Part shown: positions 1 to 13,658 of the stretch, in pieces
Layout of the letters: each line of letters starts with the position of its first letter
Numbering within the stretch: the stretch's first letter is position 1
Notes under the pieces: model-generated
Told to the model about the DNA's origin: nothing
What the model saw: the letters and a program-made list of their open reading frames with translations, nothing else
Database searches by the model: none
Assembly (NCBI GenBank): GCA_964016885.1
Contig: OZ024740.1
Span: 84,258,001 to 84,322,000 of the forward strand
Origin: Eledone cirrhosa
Taxonomy: Eukaryota
DNA length: 64,000 nucleotides
Direction: 5' to 3'
Made by a program: the position numbers and the translations under genes

Positions 1-77
1 CTGTAAACTGCGGAATGCTATTAATTCCGATCCTAGTATACTTTATATAAATATATATATTTATATATATATATATT

Positions 78-110
<33 letters not shown>

Positions 111-111
111 T

Positions 112-208
<97 letters not shown>

Positions 209-211
209 ATT

Positions 212-328
<117 letters not shown>

Positions 329-443
329 TTATATATATATATATTTATATATATATATATTTATATATATATATATAAATGGAATAGAATGAAATGAAAT
401 TTCATTTCTCACTCTTAGTTCGGCACCTATTTAAGGAAGGTAT

Positions 444-486
444 ACGATGCTGATGATAGCTAATAAGCTTGAAACTAGTACATCGT
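444..486 (+). ncRNA. Minimal type I hammerhead ribozyme (family A)
   Basis: acgatg-CTGATGA-t-agct-aata-agct-t-GAAA-ctag-TA-catcgt: helix I acgatg/catcgt, helix II agct/agct, palindromic helix III, GUA cleavage triplet. Copies at 878-920 (TTGACGA) and 1304-1346 (CTAACGA) have core mutations. Confidence 0.9.
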
Positions 487-1818
487 TCCAGTGTCAGTGT
501 TGAACAAAAAGGTGACGTGGTTGCCTAAACAGGGAACGACGTAATTAGGGCTGTTTGTTTCTTTACAAACAAACAAACCGAGCATTATAATAAATGTTCG
601 GTAAACCGATACGTGCATATATATATGTGTGCATGTATGTATATATATACATACTACTGTACGTCTGTATACATATATGTATGTACGTATACATACATTT
701 AAGTAAGTGCCGTACTAAGAGTGAGAAATGAAATTTCGTTTCATTCTATTCCATTTATCGTTTTCGGTGTGCCCGGCCGACTGAACTCACTCGATATGCA
801 AATTAGGCTGCTCAGCCGTTAATATGCATAAGGAAAGTATATACTTTCAGACGTTCAACCATCTAGCAGGAAGGTATACGATGTTGACGATAGCTAAAAA
901 GCTTGAAACTAGTACATCGTTCCTGTGTCAGTGTTAAACAAAAAGGTGACGTGGTTGCCTAAACACTGTACGGCGTAATTCGGGCAGTTTGTTTGTTTAC
1001 AAACAAACAAACCGAGCATTATAATAAATGTTCGGTAAACCGATACGTGCATATATATATGTGTGCATGTATGTATATATATACATACTACTGTACGTCT
1101 GTATACATATATGTACGTATACATACATTTAAGTGCCGTACTAAGAGTGAGAAATGAAATTTCGTTTCATTCTATTCCATTTATCGTTTTCGGTGTGCCC
1201 GGCCCACTGAACTCACTCGATATGCAAATTAGGCTGCTCAGCCGTTAATATGCATAAGGAAAGTATATACTTTCAGACGTTCAACCATCTGGCAGGAAGG
1301 TATATGATGCTAACGATAGGTAATAAGCTTGAAACTAGTACATTGTTCCTGTGTCAGTGTTAAACAAAAAGGAGATGTGGTTGCCTAAACACTGTACGGC
1401 GTAATTGGGCTGTTTGTTTGTTTACAAACCAACAAACCGAGCATTATAATAAATGTTCGGTAAACCGATACGTGCATATATATATGTGTGTGCATGTATG
1501 TATATATATACATACTACTGAACGTCTATAGGTATATATGTATGTACGTATACATACATACATACATACATACATACATACATACATACATACATACATA
1601 CATACATACATACATACATACATACATACATACATACATTTAAGTAAGTGCCTTACTAAGAGTGAGAAATGAAATTTCGTTTCATTCTATTCCATTTATC
1701 GTTTTCGGTGTGCCCGACCGACTGAACTCACTCGATATGCAAATTAGGCTTCTCAGCCGTTAATATCCATAAGGAAAGTATGTACTTTCAGACGTTAAAC
1801 CATCTGGCAGGAAGGTAT

Positions 1819-1861
1819 ACGATGCTGACGATAGCTAATAAGCTTGAAACTAGTACATCGT
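1819..1861 (+). ncRNA. Minimal type I hammerhead ribozyme (family A, intact CTGACGA core)
   Basis: acgatg-CTGACGA-tagctaataagctt-GAAA-ctag-TA-catcgt. Confidence 0.9.
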
Positions 1862-2081
1862 TGATGTGTCAGTGTTGAACAAAAAGGTGACGTGGTTGCC
1901 TAAACACTGTACGGCGTAATTCGGGCTGTTTGTTTACAAACAAACAAACCGAGCATCATAATAAATGTTCGGTAAATCGATACGTGCATATATATACGTG
2001 TGCATGTATGTATATATATATACATACTACTGTACGTCTGTATACATATATGTATGTACGTATACATACATACATACTTGC

Positions 2082-2173
<92 letters not shown>

Positions 2174-2240
2174 GAATATATAAATAAATTAATAAAAATA
2201 ATGAATAAAAACAAAGAAACAGTTCCTTATATTAAAAAAT

Positions 2241-2380
2241 TCATCATTTTACGATCGTTTCTAGGATAAATATGTGCGTGTTTTGGTATGTATATTATAT
2301 AGATGTATGTAAAATGTTTACAAACTATCAGAGGGAATATACAAACCTACACATATATATGCTGTCTTCACAAATAATGA
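2241..2380 (-). ncRNA. Type I HHR with long helix II in PLE 3' pLTR (C3 position is G)
   Basis: Minus strand: tcattattt-GTGAAGA-[about 100 nt foldback]-GAAA-cgatcg-TA-aaatgatga; 9-bp helix I, palindromic helix III. Confidence 0.6.
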
Positions 2381-3109
2381 TATTTGTTTATTGAAAAAAA
2401 CCAACAAAGATTTAATATAATAGGTCTGTTTGGGAACAGGTTTTGAATTGACCAATAGAAAGGTAGTAAGTGGTCAAGATGATACAATAGTAGTAATTGA
2501 ATTTTTATTTAGGGGTAGAGGAAAGCAGATTTCAGTTTTGAATGGAAAGAGTATTTTGAATGAAAAGATTACTTTGGGATGAAAATAGGTCAAACCGGTG
2601 AAAAATAGACGAAAATTTGATGTTATAAAAGAATATTGCTAGTGTTAAAATCTAAGGAGAATAAAATTTTACGATAAATGTGTTAGTGAAAAATATCAAT
2701 CTTGTTTAAAACATAAGGAATTTACATCAATAAAAAGAAAATAAATTAATTTAATTGATAGGTATATTTATATTGATAAATTTATATTAATTCATATAGA
2801 TATGATAAATAAGAGTTAGATGTATTTGAAAAAACTTGTTAAAAGCGAAGGAAAAAAAATATAATAATAATAATAATTGGGGGGGGGGATAAATGTATTA
2901 GTGAGAAATAACAAATTTATATAGATTACAAGGAATATAGATTCATAACCTGAAATTAAAATAGTTTATATGTATACTTATTGGTATAAATTTTAGGAAA
3001 AGATAGCTGAAAAGGGAAATAAAATTATGCAGTTCATTAGTAGTAGAATATTAATTATAGGTTAACTAATTTTAAAAAAATGTTATTATAATAATTTGTA
3101 AAGTGTATA

Positions 3110-5543
3110 TTAATTAGGTTTATAATATTTAAAAGTTCTTCTAATTTTATGATTACATGATATAATTAATTCTTGTCGCTTATTTAATAGGATATCCTTA
3201 GATTTCATTATTTCAAAAGGTTCCTGGGACATAATCTACATTCATATCTATTATTTTGATAAGGGGTGGCCCTTTTGAGCACACTCCAGGTCAGGTTATA
3301 ATCGATATTCTTTTTTCTATAATTATTAATTATTTCAGCTAAGGATATTGTATTAGCTAATGCGGCATTTTTAAAACTGTGTTTGTGGGTATTAAATCTT
3401 ACTTTAAATTGGTTAGAAGTAGCTCCTATATATGAATAAGTTGAGTGCTTAGTGTTAATTTTACATTTATATACTATGTTATTAATAAGGCAATTTCCTT
3501 TTAATGGGCAATTTGCTTTGTTTCTACAGTTACAAACTTTCGTGAATGTGGTATCAGGGGAGATAGTCAAATTAGGTGTGGAATTTTCTCGACTTGTTGT
3601 ATGTGAATGAGATGGTGGTTTGCTGTGGTTTATTTTAGTATTATGGTTAGTTTGATGTATTGGTGGTATATTCATGATTTTTTTTACATTTATATGCATT
3701 ATAGGCACTTATATTTTGTTGTATATTTTTGGTTGTTGAGTAGGAGAATTTGACCGTTGATCTATTTAAAATTTGATGGTATTTATGGTTTGGCGGGACG
3801 TTTTTCTCTAGGATAGTAAAAAAGTTTTTAGGTATATTATCTTTAATTTGTAGATTAAATGGAGCATTATACCAAGTAACTCGGCTATTACGGTTTTGAT
3901 GTTGTTTTTTTTATTTTTATACGATGTATTCTGATGTTTACTAAGAGTATTAGTATTAGTGATTTTATTACACATATTTTTAGTTAGATTCATTGATTTA
4001 GGTGTTTTAGCCTGATTATTAGAAATTTTGTTATTAACATATATTGGAATATTAGGATTAATGGTTTTTTGAAAGTTACTATATTGTATATTAGAAGAGT
4101 TAGAGAAATTAAGTTTTAAGTTGGTATTTTTGGGTATAGTGTGAGTGGCATTTAGGTGTGTATATTTCATTTGGGATTTGTTGGTAATATTGGGTTGTAT
4201 GTTTGTAGTATTATTGGTACAAGGTATATATACTAATTTGTTTTTGTGGCCGCTTCTCGCTAAAGCTTCGTTATAAAAGGTCGCATTTTTATCGAATACA
4301 TCCTGGTTAGATGAAAGGTTAGAAATTCTGAGTGAGATATTATATGCTAGGTTTTTAAGGATATATTTAGGGTGATTAGATTGTGAGTGTATGTAATGTA
4401 AGTTTTGGTTAGGTTTATGGTAAGGTTGGTAGATACCCGTAGATAAGTCTAATGTTATATCAAGGAAATTAACTACTTTACTTGTGTTTTCAAATGTAAT
4501 ATTGAGACTATTACATTCTTTGAGGAAAGTTCTAAGTTTTTTATTTTTTTCAATTTCTGATAGGCTAAGCTTAGTGGAAAGAAGAAAACAGTCGTCACGG
4601 TATAAACCACCTTTAAGGTGGGGAAAAGAAGCATTTGTGTTAAATAGAAGGAAGAGGCCCACAAGATCGGTAATTTGGGCAGAATCACTAAAGCCCATAG
4701 TAATGTCAAATAGATTACTATATGTATTTCTGGTTCAGTATTCCTTCTGAAATTCCAGTAGTGTTGTCTAGCATGCGTGATAATATTAATGTCATCCATA
4801 GTTAAGTTTGATCTATCTTTGGCAAATAACAAGGCTTTGTTCAGGAGTATGGGTGATATAGAGGAATAATAAGCATCTATATCGAATTGTAGAAATGAAG
4901 CAGATGATTTATTTCTAATATTAGTAAACCAGTTAATTACCTGGGATGTGTTTTCCCAGAGTGGTAAATTAACATGTTTTCTTAATTGTGGTATGACTTT
5001 ATCTAAAAAAAATTTACTAATGATGCCAATGTCAGATTTGGAAGGGCATAAAGTCTTATAGAAGGATTAGAGTTAAAATTAGATTTGTGATCTTTCAGGT
5101 TAAAATGTGGTTTTTTCAGTGCCAAAGGTTCAGTTCTATCTTCAATATTGAGTTTATTTACTATGTTGTGTGTTTTGTTGTTGATATTGGTAAGTTTTTC
5201 AGAGTGGACATGGATTTTGTTAGATTTTTTTAGATCCAATAGGGTAGAATCAAGATCCTTTTGAAAATTAGATTTATATTTCTTAAATTTGAGGTGTTTG
5301 ATTAAGTTAAAAAGGTCTTTCTCGAAGTTTTCAAGCAAGGAGTTGTGTGGTGGGTTCTTATATGTAGTGAAATCATATAAATATTTCTTATCAGTACATT
5401 TTGTTTTTTTATCAAAGTGGTAGGCCCTCCATCTGACCCTTTTGATGAATTGGTTGGTTTTTTTGTATCATAAGAAGTAAGAATTCATCCTTAGAAGGTA
5501 TTGGTATATTCTTTAAAGAAGTTCCCAAGTATTGTTTTTCCAT
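3110..5543 (-). pseudogene. PLE reverse transcriptase + GIY-YIG endonuclease, frameshifted
   Basis: Starts MEKQYLGTSLKNIPIP...RVRWRAYHF; MGFSDSAQITDLVG, GGLYRDD, FLDITL, SNHP; CNCRxxxNCPLxGNC linker, IVY...YIG...RFNTHKHSF, C-terminal CRLC and LNKRQELIISCNHK; split over several frames. Confidence 0.9.
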
Positions 5544-6230
5544 TGTAATATTGATAATGGACAGGAAAAAGAGATCAACTATATATATAGGGAGTTATAA
5601 AATTATATATATATATATATATAAAAATATGAATACCTTTATAAAATTAGGAGCAAAGTATGTAGATAAATCTACCAAAATATACGGTAGTGTCCACTCC
5701 GTAATGAAGAACTCAATGTAATCCAAATATCATGAAAAGAGAAGATGTATTCAACATTTTTTTCTATGAAAAACACAGGAAAACAGAGTCAAGATAAATT
5801 AATAAAAATAATGAATAAAAACAAAGAAACAGTTCGTTATATTAAAAAATTCATCATTTTACGATCGTTTCTAGGATATATATGTGTATGTGTTGGTATG
5901 TATATTATATAGATCTATGTAAAATTTTTACAAACTATCAGAGGGAATATACATACCTACACATATATATGCTGTCTATAGATCTATATAATATACATAC
6001 CAACACACACACATATATATCCTAGAAACGATCGTAAAATGATGAATTTTTTAATATAAGGAACTGTTTCTTTGTTTTTATTCATTATTTTTATTAATTT
6101 ATCTTGACTCTGTTTTCCTGTGTTTTTCATAGAAAAACATTTTGAATACATGATCTCTTTTCATGATATTTGGATTACATTGAGTTCTTCATACGGATTG
6201 GACACTACCGTATATTTTGGATGATTTATC

Positions 6231-6324
<94 letters not shown>

Positions 6325-6608
6325 TATATATTTATATATATTGTAATAATAATAATAATAATAATAATAATAGTAATAATAATAAATTTGAAGACTAAAA
6401 TCCAAAGAGGGTTCAATAAGGATAAATATATATCAAATATATAAGAACCGGAGGGAAAATATTTATTAAAATAACAGATTAAATTTTAAGCAAAGAATCG
6501 CTGCTTTCACTCTTAACGGGATCTTCTGAAGATCCCGTTAAGGGTGAAAGCAGCGATTATTTGCTTAAACTTTAATCTGTTATTTTAATAAATATTTATA
6601 TATTTATA

Positions 6609-6682
<74 letters not shown>

Positions 6683-6938
6683 TATAAATATATATTTATA
6701 TATATATATATATATATAAATATATAAAAAATGAAACGAAATTTCATTTCCCACTCTTAGCACGGCTGTTACTTAAATATAAGTATGTACACGTACATAC
6801 ATATATGTATACAGACGTACAGTAGTATGTATATATATATATACATAGATGCACACATATATATATATGTACGTATGGATTATATTTATATATTTATATA
6901 AATATATATTTATATATATATATAAATATTTATATATT

Positions 6939-6971
<33 letters not shown>

Positions 6972-7042
6972 AAATATTTATATATTTATATATATATATT
7001 TATATATATATTTATATATTTATATATATATATTTATATATT

Positions 7043-7149
<107 letters not shown>

Positions 7150-7751
7150 ATATATATTTATATCACGATAAATTAACGGAGGCATAGGCCGTCGTTATTC
7201 CCTGTAAATAATGAGCTCAAAGGGGAAGAGATCATGAGCCCTTTAAAATATAATATGTTGAGAAGGTAACACACCAGAGAGAGATATATAGTGCGTTATC
7301 AATAATACAGGGAAAAAAACCGTGTCTGTAGTCGAAAAAATCGTGTCTATAGTCTGCCTTTCATAGGTTATAGATTCCATACACTGGTGGTTTTTTTCCC
7401 TGTATTATTGATAACGCACTATATATCTCTCTCTGGTGTGTTACCTTCTCAACATATTATATTTTAAAGGGCTCAGGATCTCTTTCCCTTTGAGCACATT
7501 ATTTACAGGGAATAACGACGGCCTATGCCTCCGTTAATTTATGGTGATATTTCGCTCCTAACAACAGTCTTTCCTATTTCTGTTTGGTTGAGCACACTTC
7601 TCTGAGTGGCTTTGGGCTGCCCTTTCTAGCAGTCCGTCTCTCAGAGGCCACTGGTTCACTGCCCTTAAACACGCTGTGACTTCTCTCTCCCACGTGTAGC
7701 TGGACAGTCAATTGTAAAATTCTCTTAGTGTTGTCTGAAAAGTATGGCCTT

Positions 7752-7831
7752 ACACACGCTGATGAACCGAGACTGACCATTTCTTTCAACAAATTTTCTG
7801 GTGAAACATATCTTTGGATTTGTACGTGTGT
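7752..7831 (+). ncRNA. Type I hammerhead ribozyme with a true helix III hairpin
   Basis: acacacg-CTGATGA-accgaga...tctggt-GAAA-catatc(tttg)gatttg-TA-cgtgtgt; 7-bp helix I. Confidence 0.8.
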
Positions 7832-7833
7832 TA

Positions 7834-10042
7834 TCTATATATATAAAACTGTGGTTGTCTGTCTGTCTATCGATTTTTGGCACACATCTCCTCTTAGAAT
7901 CTCTCACGGAATTGCACCGAAATTGCTATACTTGTACATTGAGCCCTAGCGAAGACATCGGAAAAAAAATAATTTCAAATTCACCCGCCCTATCTGACGA
8001 AATCGAATATAATGTATCGATTTTTGAGCGTAAGTGATCAGTTATTTCCCTTTGTTCTGTTTACATTGAGCGTCTGCGTGCAAAAATTAAAAAAATTACG
8101 CTGGCTTTCTCAGCGTTTAAAATGACATTAACACAATAATTTTTACTTGAAAACAAGTCTATTTAAAGACTACGTAAAACAAGCAAATATTTCGTAAAAA
8201 AAAGCAAAATTTATATAAGTTTATTTAAAATATATGTATCTGTAAATTTCGTTAGGCGTGCAGTCAGTTTTATATATATAGATGATAAACAATAATATCC
8301 TCTATGAGGTCACTAAACCTGCTAGAAACAGCAGCTAACTCTCCCTCATATCACACCACTCCCTACTGTCTTAAATTTAGAAAACACATATCCTCTATGA
8401 GGTTACTAAACCTGCTAGAAACAGCAGCTAACTCTCCCTCATATCACACCACTCCCTACTGTCTTAAATTTAGAAAACACATATCCTCTATGAGGTTACT
8501 AAACCTGCTAGAAACAGCAGCTAACTCTCCCCCATATCATACCCCTCCCTACTGTCATTAATTTAGAAAACATATCTTCTATGAGGTCACTAAACCTGCT
8601 AGAAACAGCAGCTAACTCTCCCTCATATCACACCCCTCCCTACTGTCTTAAATTTAGAAAACATATCCTCTATGAGGTCACTAAACCTGCTAGAAACAGC
8701 AGCTAACTCTCCCTCATATCACACCACTCCCTACTGTCTTAAATTTAGAAAACACATATCCTCTATGAGGTCACTAAACCTGCTAGAAACAGCAGCTAAC
8801 TCTCCCTCATATCACACCACTCCCTACTGTCTTAAATTTAGAAAACACATATCCTCTATGAGGTTACTAAACCTGCTAGAAACAGCAGCTAACTCTCCCT
8901 CATATCACACCCCTCCCTACTGTCTTAAATTTAGAAAACATATCTTCTATGAGGTCACTAAACCTGCTAGAAACAGCAGCTAACTCTCCCTCATATCACA
9001 CCACTCCCTACTGTCTTAAATTTAGAAAACACATATCCTCTATGAGGTCACTAAACCTGCTAGAAACAGCAGCTAACTCTCCCTCATATCACACCCCTCC
9101 CTACTGTCTTAAATTTAGAAAACATATCCTCTATGAGGTCACTAAACCTGCTAGAAACAGCAGCTAACTCTCCCTCATATCACACCACTCCCTACTGTCT
9201 TAAATTTAGAAAACACATATCCTCTATGAGGTCACTAAACCTGCTAGAAACAGCAGCTAACTCTCCCTCATATCACACCACTCCCTACTGTCTTAAATTT
9301 AGAAAACACATATCCTCTATGAGGTTACTAAACCTGCTAGAAACAGCAGCTAACTCTCCCTCATATCACACCCCTCCCTACTGTCTTAAATTTAGAAAAC
9401 ATATCTTCTATGAGGTCACTAAACCTGCTAGAAACAGCAGCTAACTCTCCCTCATATCACACCACTCCCTACTGTCTTAAATTTAGAAAACACATATCCT
9501 CTATGAGGTCACTAAACCTGCTAGAAACAGCAGCTAACTCTCCCTCATATCACACCACTCCCTACTGTCTTAAATTTAGAAAACACATATCCTCTATGAG
9601 GTCACTAAACCTGCTAGAAACAGCAGCTAACTCTCCCTCATATCACACCACTCCCTACTGTCTTAAATTTAGAAAACACATATCCTCTATGAGGTCACTA
9701 AACCTGCTAGAAACAACAGCTAACTCTCCCTCATATCACAACCCTCCCTACTGTCTTAAATTTAGAAAACTCACAGACAACCATGCAGAACAACTCCATC
9801 GCAGCTCTGTTGTTCGGGTGGCATCGTCTACTCGCGTGTTGCGCAAGTACTGTGAAACAATAAATTTCAACACTTTTTTGCACAGAGATAATATCCATAG
9901 GCGAAACTACAATTGTCACTGCTGGCGCAGCTCATGCTTCCAGGTCTGCAATTCATTCACCCAGTGCCTGGCAGACAAAAAAGTGCTGCAACCTAACTTT
10001 GGTAACTTAATGACCCCGAGCAACGCCGGGCTTTAATGCTAG
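7834..10042 (+). mobile_element. Non-autonomous Helitron
   Basis: 5' TC (A|TCTATATATATAAAAC), subterminal hairpin CCCGAGC-AAC-GCCGGG at 10015-10030, 3' CTAG at 10039-10042, inserted between A and T with no TSD. Confidence 0.8.
8296..9770. repeat. Minisatellite, 16 units of 91/93 bp inside the Helitron
   Basis: Unit atatcctctatgaggtcactaaacctgctagaaacagcagctaactctccctcatatcacaccactccctactgtcttaaatttagaaaac(ac). Confidence 0.95.
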
Positions 10043-10425
10043 TATAGTTATAAAGGTATTTATTTACGCTTTAATTTATATTTTTAATTATCGAGTCTAT
10101 AGTCTGCCTTTCATAGGTTATAGATTCCATACACTGGTGGTTTTTTTCCCTGTATTATTGATAACGCACTATATATCTCTCTCTGGTGTGTTACCTTCTC
10201 AACATATTATATATATATATTTATATATATATATTTATATATATATATATATATATTTATATATTTATATATATATTTATATATATATATATATATATTT
10301 ATATATTTATATATATATATATATATTTATATATTTATATATATATTTATATATATATATATATATATTTATATATTTATATATATATTTATATATATAT
10401 ATTTTTATATATTTATATATATATT

Positions 10426-10464
<39 letters not shown>

Positions 10465-10509
10465 ATTCATATATATATATTTATATTTAAATATATTTAT
10501 ATATTTATA

Positions 10510-10559
<50 letters not shown>

Positions 10560-10566
<7 letters not shown>

Positions 10567-10904
10567 AGTGTAATTTTCTACACAAAACGAAGGTTATAGA
10601 GAAAATTGAGGTTGGTAATGGCACCTGGAATATATAAGAGACAGAATACTTTTTTGTGAAAAAACATAATTTTATAAGGTAAGGAAATAATAAAGGGTAT
10701 AAAAAATGACCGGTTTCGATGGGTCTGCAAAAGCCATCTTTTCAAATGTTGATTAATCAACATTTGAAAAGATGGCTTTTGCAGACCCATCGAAACCGGT
10801 CATTTTTTATACCCTTTATTATTTCCTTACCTTATAAAATTATGTTTTTTCACAAAAAAGTATTCTGTCTCTTATATATTCCATGTGCCATTACCAACCT
10901 CAAT

Positions 10905-10910
<6 letters not shown>
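10560..10910. mobile_element. Palindromic pLTR fragment (family D) with back-to-back U3-A8 HHR-like motifs
   Basis: Inverted repeat centred near 10755; aacat-TTGAAAA-gatgg...ccatc-GAAA-ccgg-TC-atttt at 10759-10806 (+) and 10703-10750 (-); helix I is weak. Confidence 0.65.
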
Positions 10911-10973
<63 letters not shown>

Positions 10974-12007
10974 TATTTATAAATATATTTATATATTTAT
11001 ATATATATATATTTATATATATATATATATATATTTATATGTTTATATATATATAAATATATTTATATATTTATATATATATAAATATATGTATATATAT
11101 TTATATATATATATATATATATTTATATAGGAACGAGTAGGACCCCGACGGCTGAGCTCAAGACGTTTCGACGGCTAATTCTGGACTAAATGGACATTTT
11201 TATCCTGGTATATGAATAGGCGAGCTTTTCAGGGGGTAATTCCATATATGGTAAAAGTGATTGTCACAAGGATTGGTCAAAAGTTTGTTTTTGAGACACA
11301 TAATTCTATCATGGCAATTTGTGGAAGGAAGGGGTAGCTGAACCTGCCAGTAGAAGAAAGAGGGAGAGGGGGTGGAGGAAACCCAGTCGTGCGTTGATAG
11401 TGCCAACTCCAGCAGGGCAGGGGGTCAATCAAGTATACTAGGGAGGGGAGGGGGAGGAAGTCGAAACAATAAGTAAATCAATATGGAGTAAATATATAGA
11501 AGAATACCAAGAATGTTAAAAATATAAAAAAAACAATTTCTGTTTAGCATTCCCTAACGACAGTCATCACGTCTCTCACTGGTACTGCTAAACTATAGAA
11601 AAGTTTACTATGTGGGACGGAATTGTAATGAGACCATTTTAAGAGTTAGTTGTAATCAACCGAGTATATCTTACGGTGACAGGTCAACAAGTGGGGGGGG
11701 GGGCAAAATACTAAAGAAACTACCACGAAATAATAATTCAGAGTCCCGAAGCTAATACGAAATAATTGTTTCTACCCCAGGCACAAGGCCAGCAACCACC
11801 CAGTGCAAAAAATAAACTAATACGAAATAATAATTCAGAATCCCGAAAATGAATACTAATACTATCTCTAATGGTGCCGCTACGATACAAAAATTCTAGT
11901 GCAAACTATATAAATGCTCGTACGAAGTAGATGAAAAATTTTATACGGAAAATTAATTCAGTTAAAACACCCCACTAGAGAACTGTCAGGAATTAGAGAA
12001 AAACACA

Positions 12008-13066
12008 ATGGAAAGCATCCAGCAAATAGCTAACTCTATCCACCAGAGTATTAGAGTTACTATAGATTATCCAAGCAAACACCCCAACCATCGATTACCT
12101 GTACTAGACACAGAGCTCTGGTTAGATACCATTAATAACAAAAAACAAATCCTCCATTCCCATTATGCCAAACCCATGACTTCCAAATATCTGATCCACC
12201 GAAACTCAGCTGTTTCGGACCATACCAAAATCAACATACTGATTGCGGATTTGGTACGGGTGATGAGAAACCTGTCCCGCATGTGCAACCCCGAAGAACT
12301 AGAGAGACACATACAACACTTCATCCACCGTATGCAGTTCTCTGGTTACAATCAGAGCGATAAAATCAGAGTGTATAGAGGAGCCAGAACCAAATGGGAA
12401 AAAATGGGAAATAAGGACACAAATGGGACCTGCCCCTTGTATAGGAGCAAATTTTGGAATAGAATAGAAAGAACTAGGAATAAGGCTAATAGAATAAACT
12501 CATGGTATGATAGCAATAAATACCAGAGTGTAATGTTCATCGATACAACCCCTAGAGATGAATTAGCTTACAAGTTTAGAAGGGCCCCAGATAAACATAA
12601 ACTCAATATTAAGATAGTAGAAAGACCAGGTACCTCCATAAAAACACTTATTAGCAAGACATACCCTTTTCAAAGACCTCCCTGTATAGATAAGAAATGT
12701 ATAATCTGTAAATTAAGCCCCCATATTAACTGTAAAACTAGAAATGTAGTATATAGCATAAGATGTACTGAAGGACAATGTAGAGATAAAAATATAGTGT
12801 ACATAGGTGAGACAGCTCGTAGTATAGGGGAACGGATAAATGAACACTGGCGAGACCTTCAAGTTAGTAAAGAATCATCTGTACTCTACCAACACGCTAA
12901 AATAGAACATAAGGGTAAATTAGAGAACATAGAAATAAAAATAGAATCTACACACAGAAAAGACGCAATGTTTAGACAAATCACAAAGGCAATAAACATA
13001 AATGAACTCCAACCAAAATTAAATAGAAAACATGAGTGGAACAGCAACATCACAACTTACAATTAA
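12008..13066 (+). CDS. 5'-truncated PLE ORF: RT thumb + GIY-YIG endonuclease
   Basis: LPVLD, HYAKPM, CxxxxCxxC linker, VVY...YIGETARSIGERINEH, LYQH, PKLNRKHEW. Confidence 0.85.
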   Translation: MESIQQIANSIHQSIRVTIDYPSKHPNHRLPVLDTELWLDTINNKKQILHSHYAKPMTSKYLIHRNSAVSDHTKINILIADLVRVMRNLSRMCNPEELERHIQHFIHRMQFSGYNQSDKIRVYRGARTKWEKMGNKDTNGTCPLYRSKFWNRIERTRNKANRINSWYDSNKYQSVMFIDTTPRDELAYKFRRAPDKHKLNIKIVERPGTSIKTLISKTYPFQRPPCIDKKCIICKLSPHINCKTRNVVYSIRCTEGQCRDKNIVYIGETARSIGERINEHWRDLQVSKESSVLYQHAKIEHKGKLENIEIKIESTHRKDAMFRQITKAININELQPKLNRKHEWNSNITTYN

Positions 13067-13280
13067 GGACAAAATGAAAACACACACGCACATAGAACAA
13101 ACAACCAACCAGTAACATGTAAATAAACAAATAAATAAACGAATATAAACACACACAGACACCCGGATGTAACACATGCGCAAACTAATCACACAACACA
13201 CACAAAAACAAGGTGGCGTAGGACAGAACAAGTGTTGTATGTGTCTCTGAGAAAAACCACAGACCCTCCATCTCAACTCA

Positions 13281-13318
13281 CCTTTTGAAAAGCAGAAGAA
13301 CTGCGAAACCGGTAAAGG
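13281..13318 (+). ncRNA. Minimal type I HHR with U3-A8 compensatory core (family E)
   Basis: cctt-TTGAAAA-gcag-aagaa-ctgc-GAAA-ccgg-TA-aagg; further copies at 18698-18735 (-) and 22306-22343 (+). Confidence 0.8.
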
Positions 13319-13450
13319 AACCAAATAAATATATATATTTTTTTTTAAAATAAGACTCCAGTTGCATTTTCGATTTCATCTCTTTTTCTTTATACTTTCA
13401 CTCGTATAGGACACCTCGGTTATTTTTCCTTTTGTAAAAAAAAGCCTCAC

Positions 13451-13490
<40 letters not shown>

Positions 13491-13658
13491 TTGTGTTATA
13501 GGGTGCTCCTTAATTGGTAGCTGAGGCTGTGAATGCGTTACTCCATTGAACAAAATTATTGTGTAATAAGCAAAAAACACCCAACAACATGTATATTCTA
13601 CACATTTCGATGTGGTATCGCGTAGGTAGCACAGGACGGAGTTAAATACATTAATAAT

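Larger units (their letters stand above)
377..2085 (+). mobile_element. Retrozyme-like tandem array, family A (about 4 units of 426-515 nt, one HHR motif per unit), with short inverted 5' piece, inserted in (TA)n
   Basis: Near-identical units with HHR motifs starting at 444, 878, 1304, 1819; 377-433 is the reverse complement of the unit end; the third unit has a (TACA)n expansion; flanks are (TA)n. Confidence 0.85.
2176..6233 (-). mobile_element. Degenerate full-length Penelope-like element (probably Hydra-type clade) with tandem and inverted pseudo-LTRs
   Basis: about 2180-2367 repeated directly at about 5797-5977; 5978-6233 is an inverted copy of the pLTR; internal RT+GIY-YIG pseudogene; flanked by (TA)n. 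Confidence 0.9.
7165..10210 (+). mobile_element. Non-coding PLE-derived/retrozyme-like insert (unit about 540 nt) with inverted 5' arm, interrupted by a Helitron
   Basis: 7165-7322 inverted to about 7388-7550; 7345-7460 repeated directly at 10095-10210; contains HHR at 7752-7831. Confidence 0.7.

Noticed and set aside
6460-6595. HHR-like CTGAAGA-tccc..ggg-t-GAAA at the centre of a palindrome
   Set aside because: The C comes from the inversion junction, there is no helix I partner and no clear UH site; at most a truncated relic, and not counted
8304-10036. Repeat-protein ORFs (MRSLNLLETAANSP...) and a CRISPR-like appearance
   Set aside because: Frame shifts with each 91-bp unit and there are no unique spacers; it is a minisatellite. 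Its CTATGA...GAAA does not fold as an HHR
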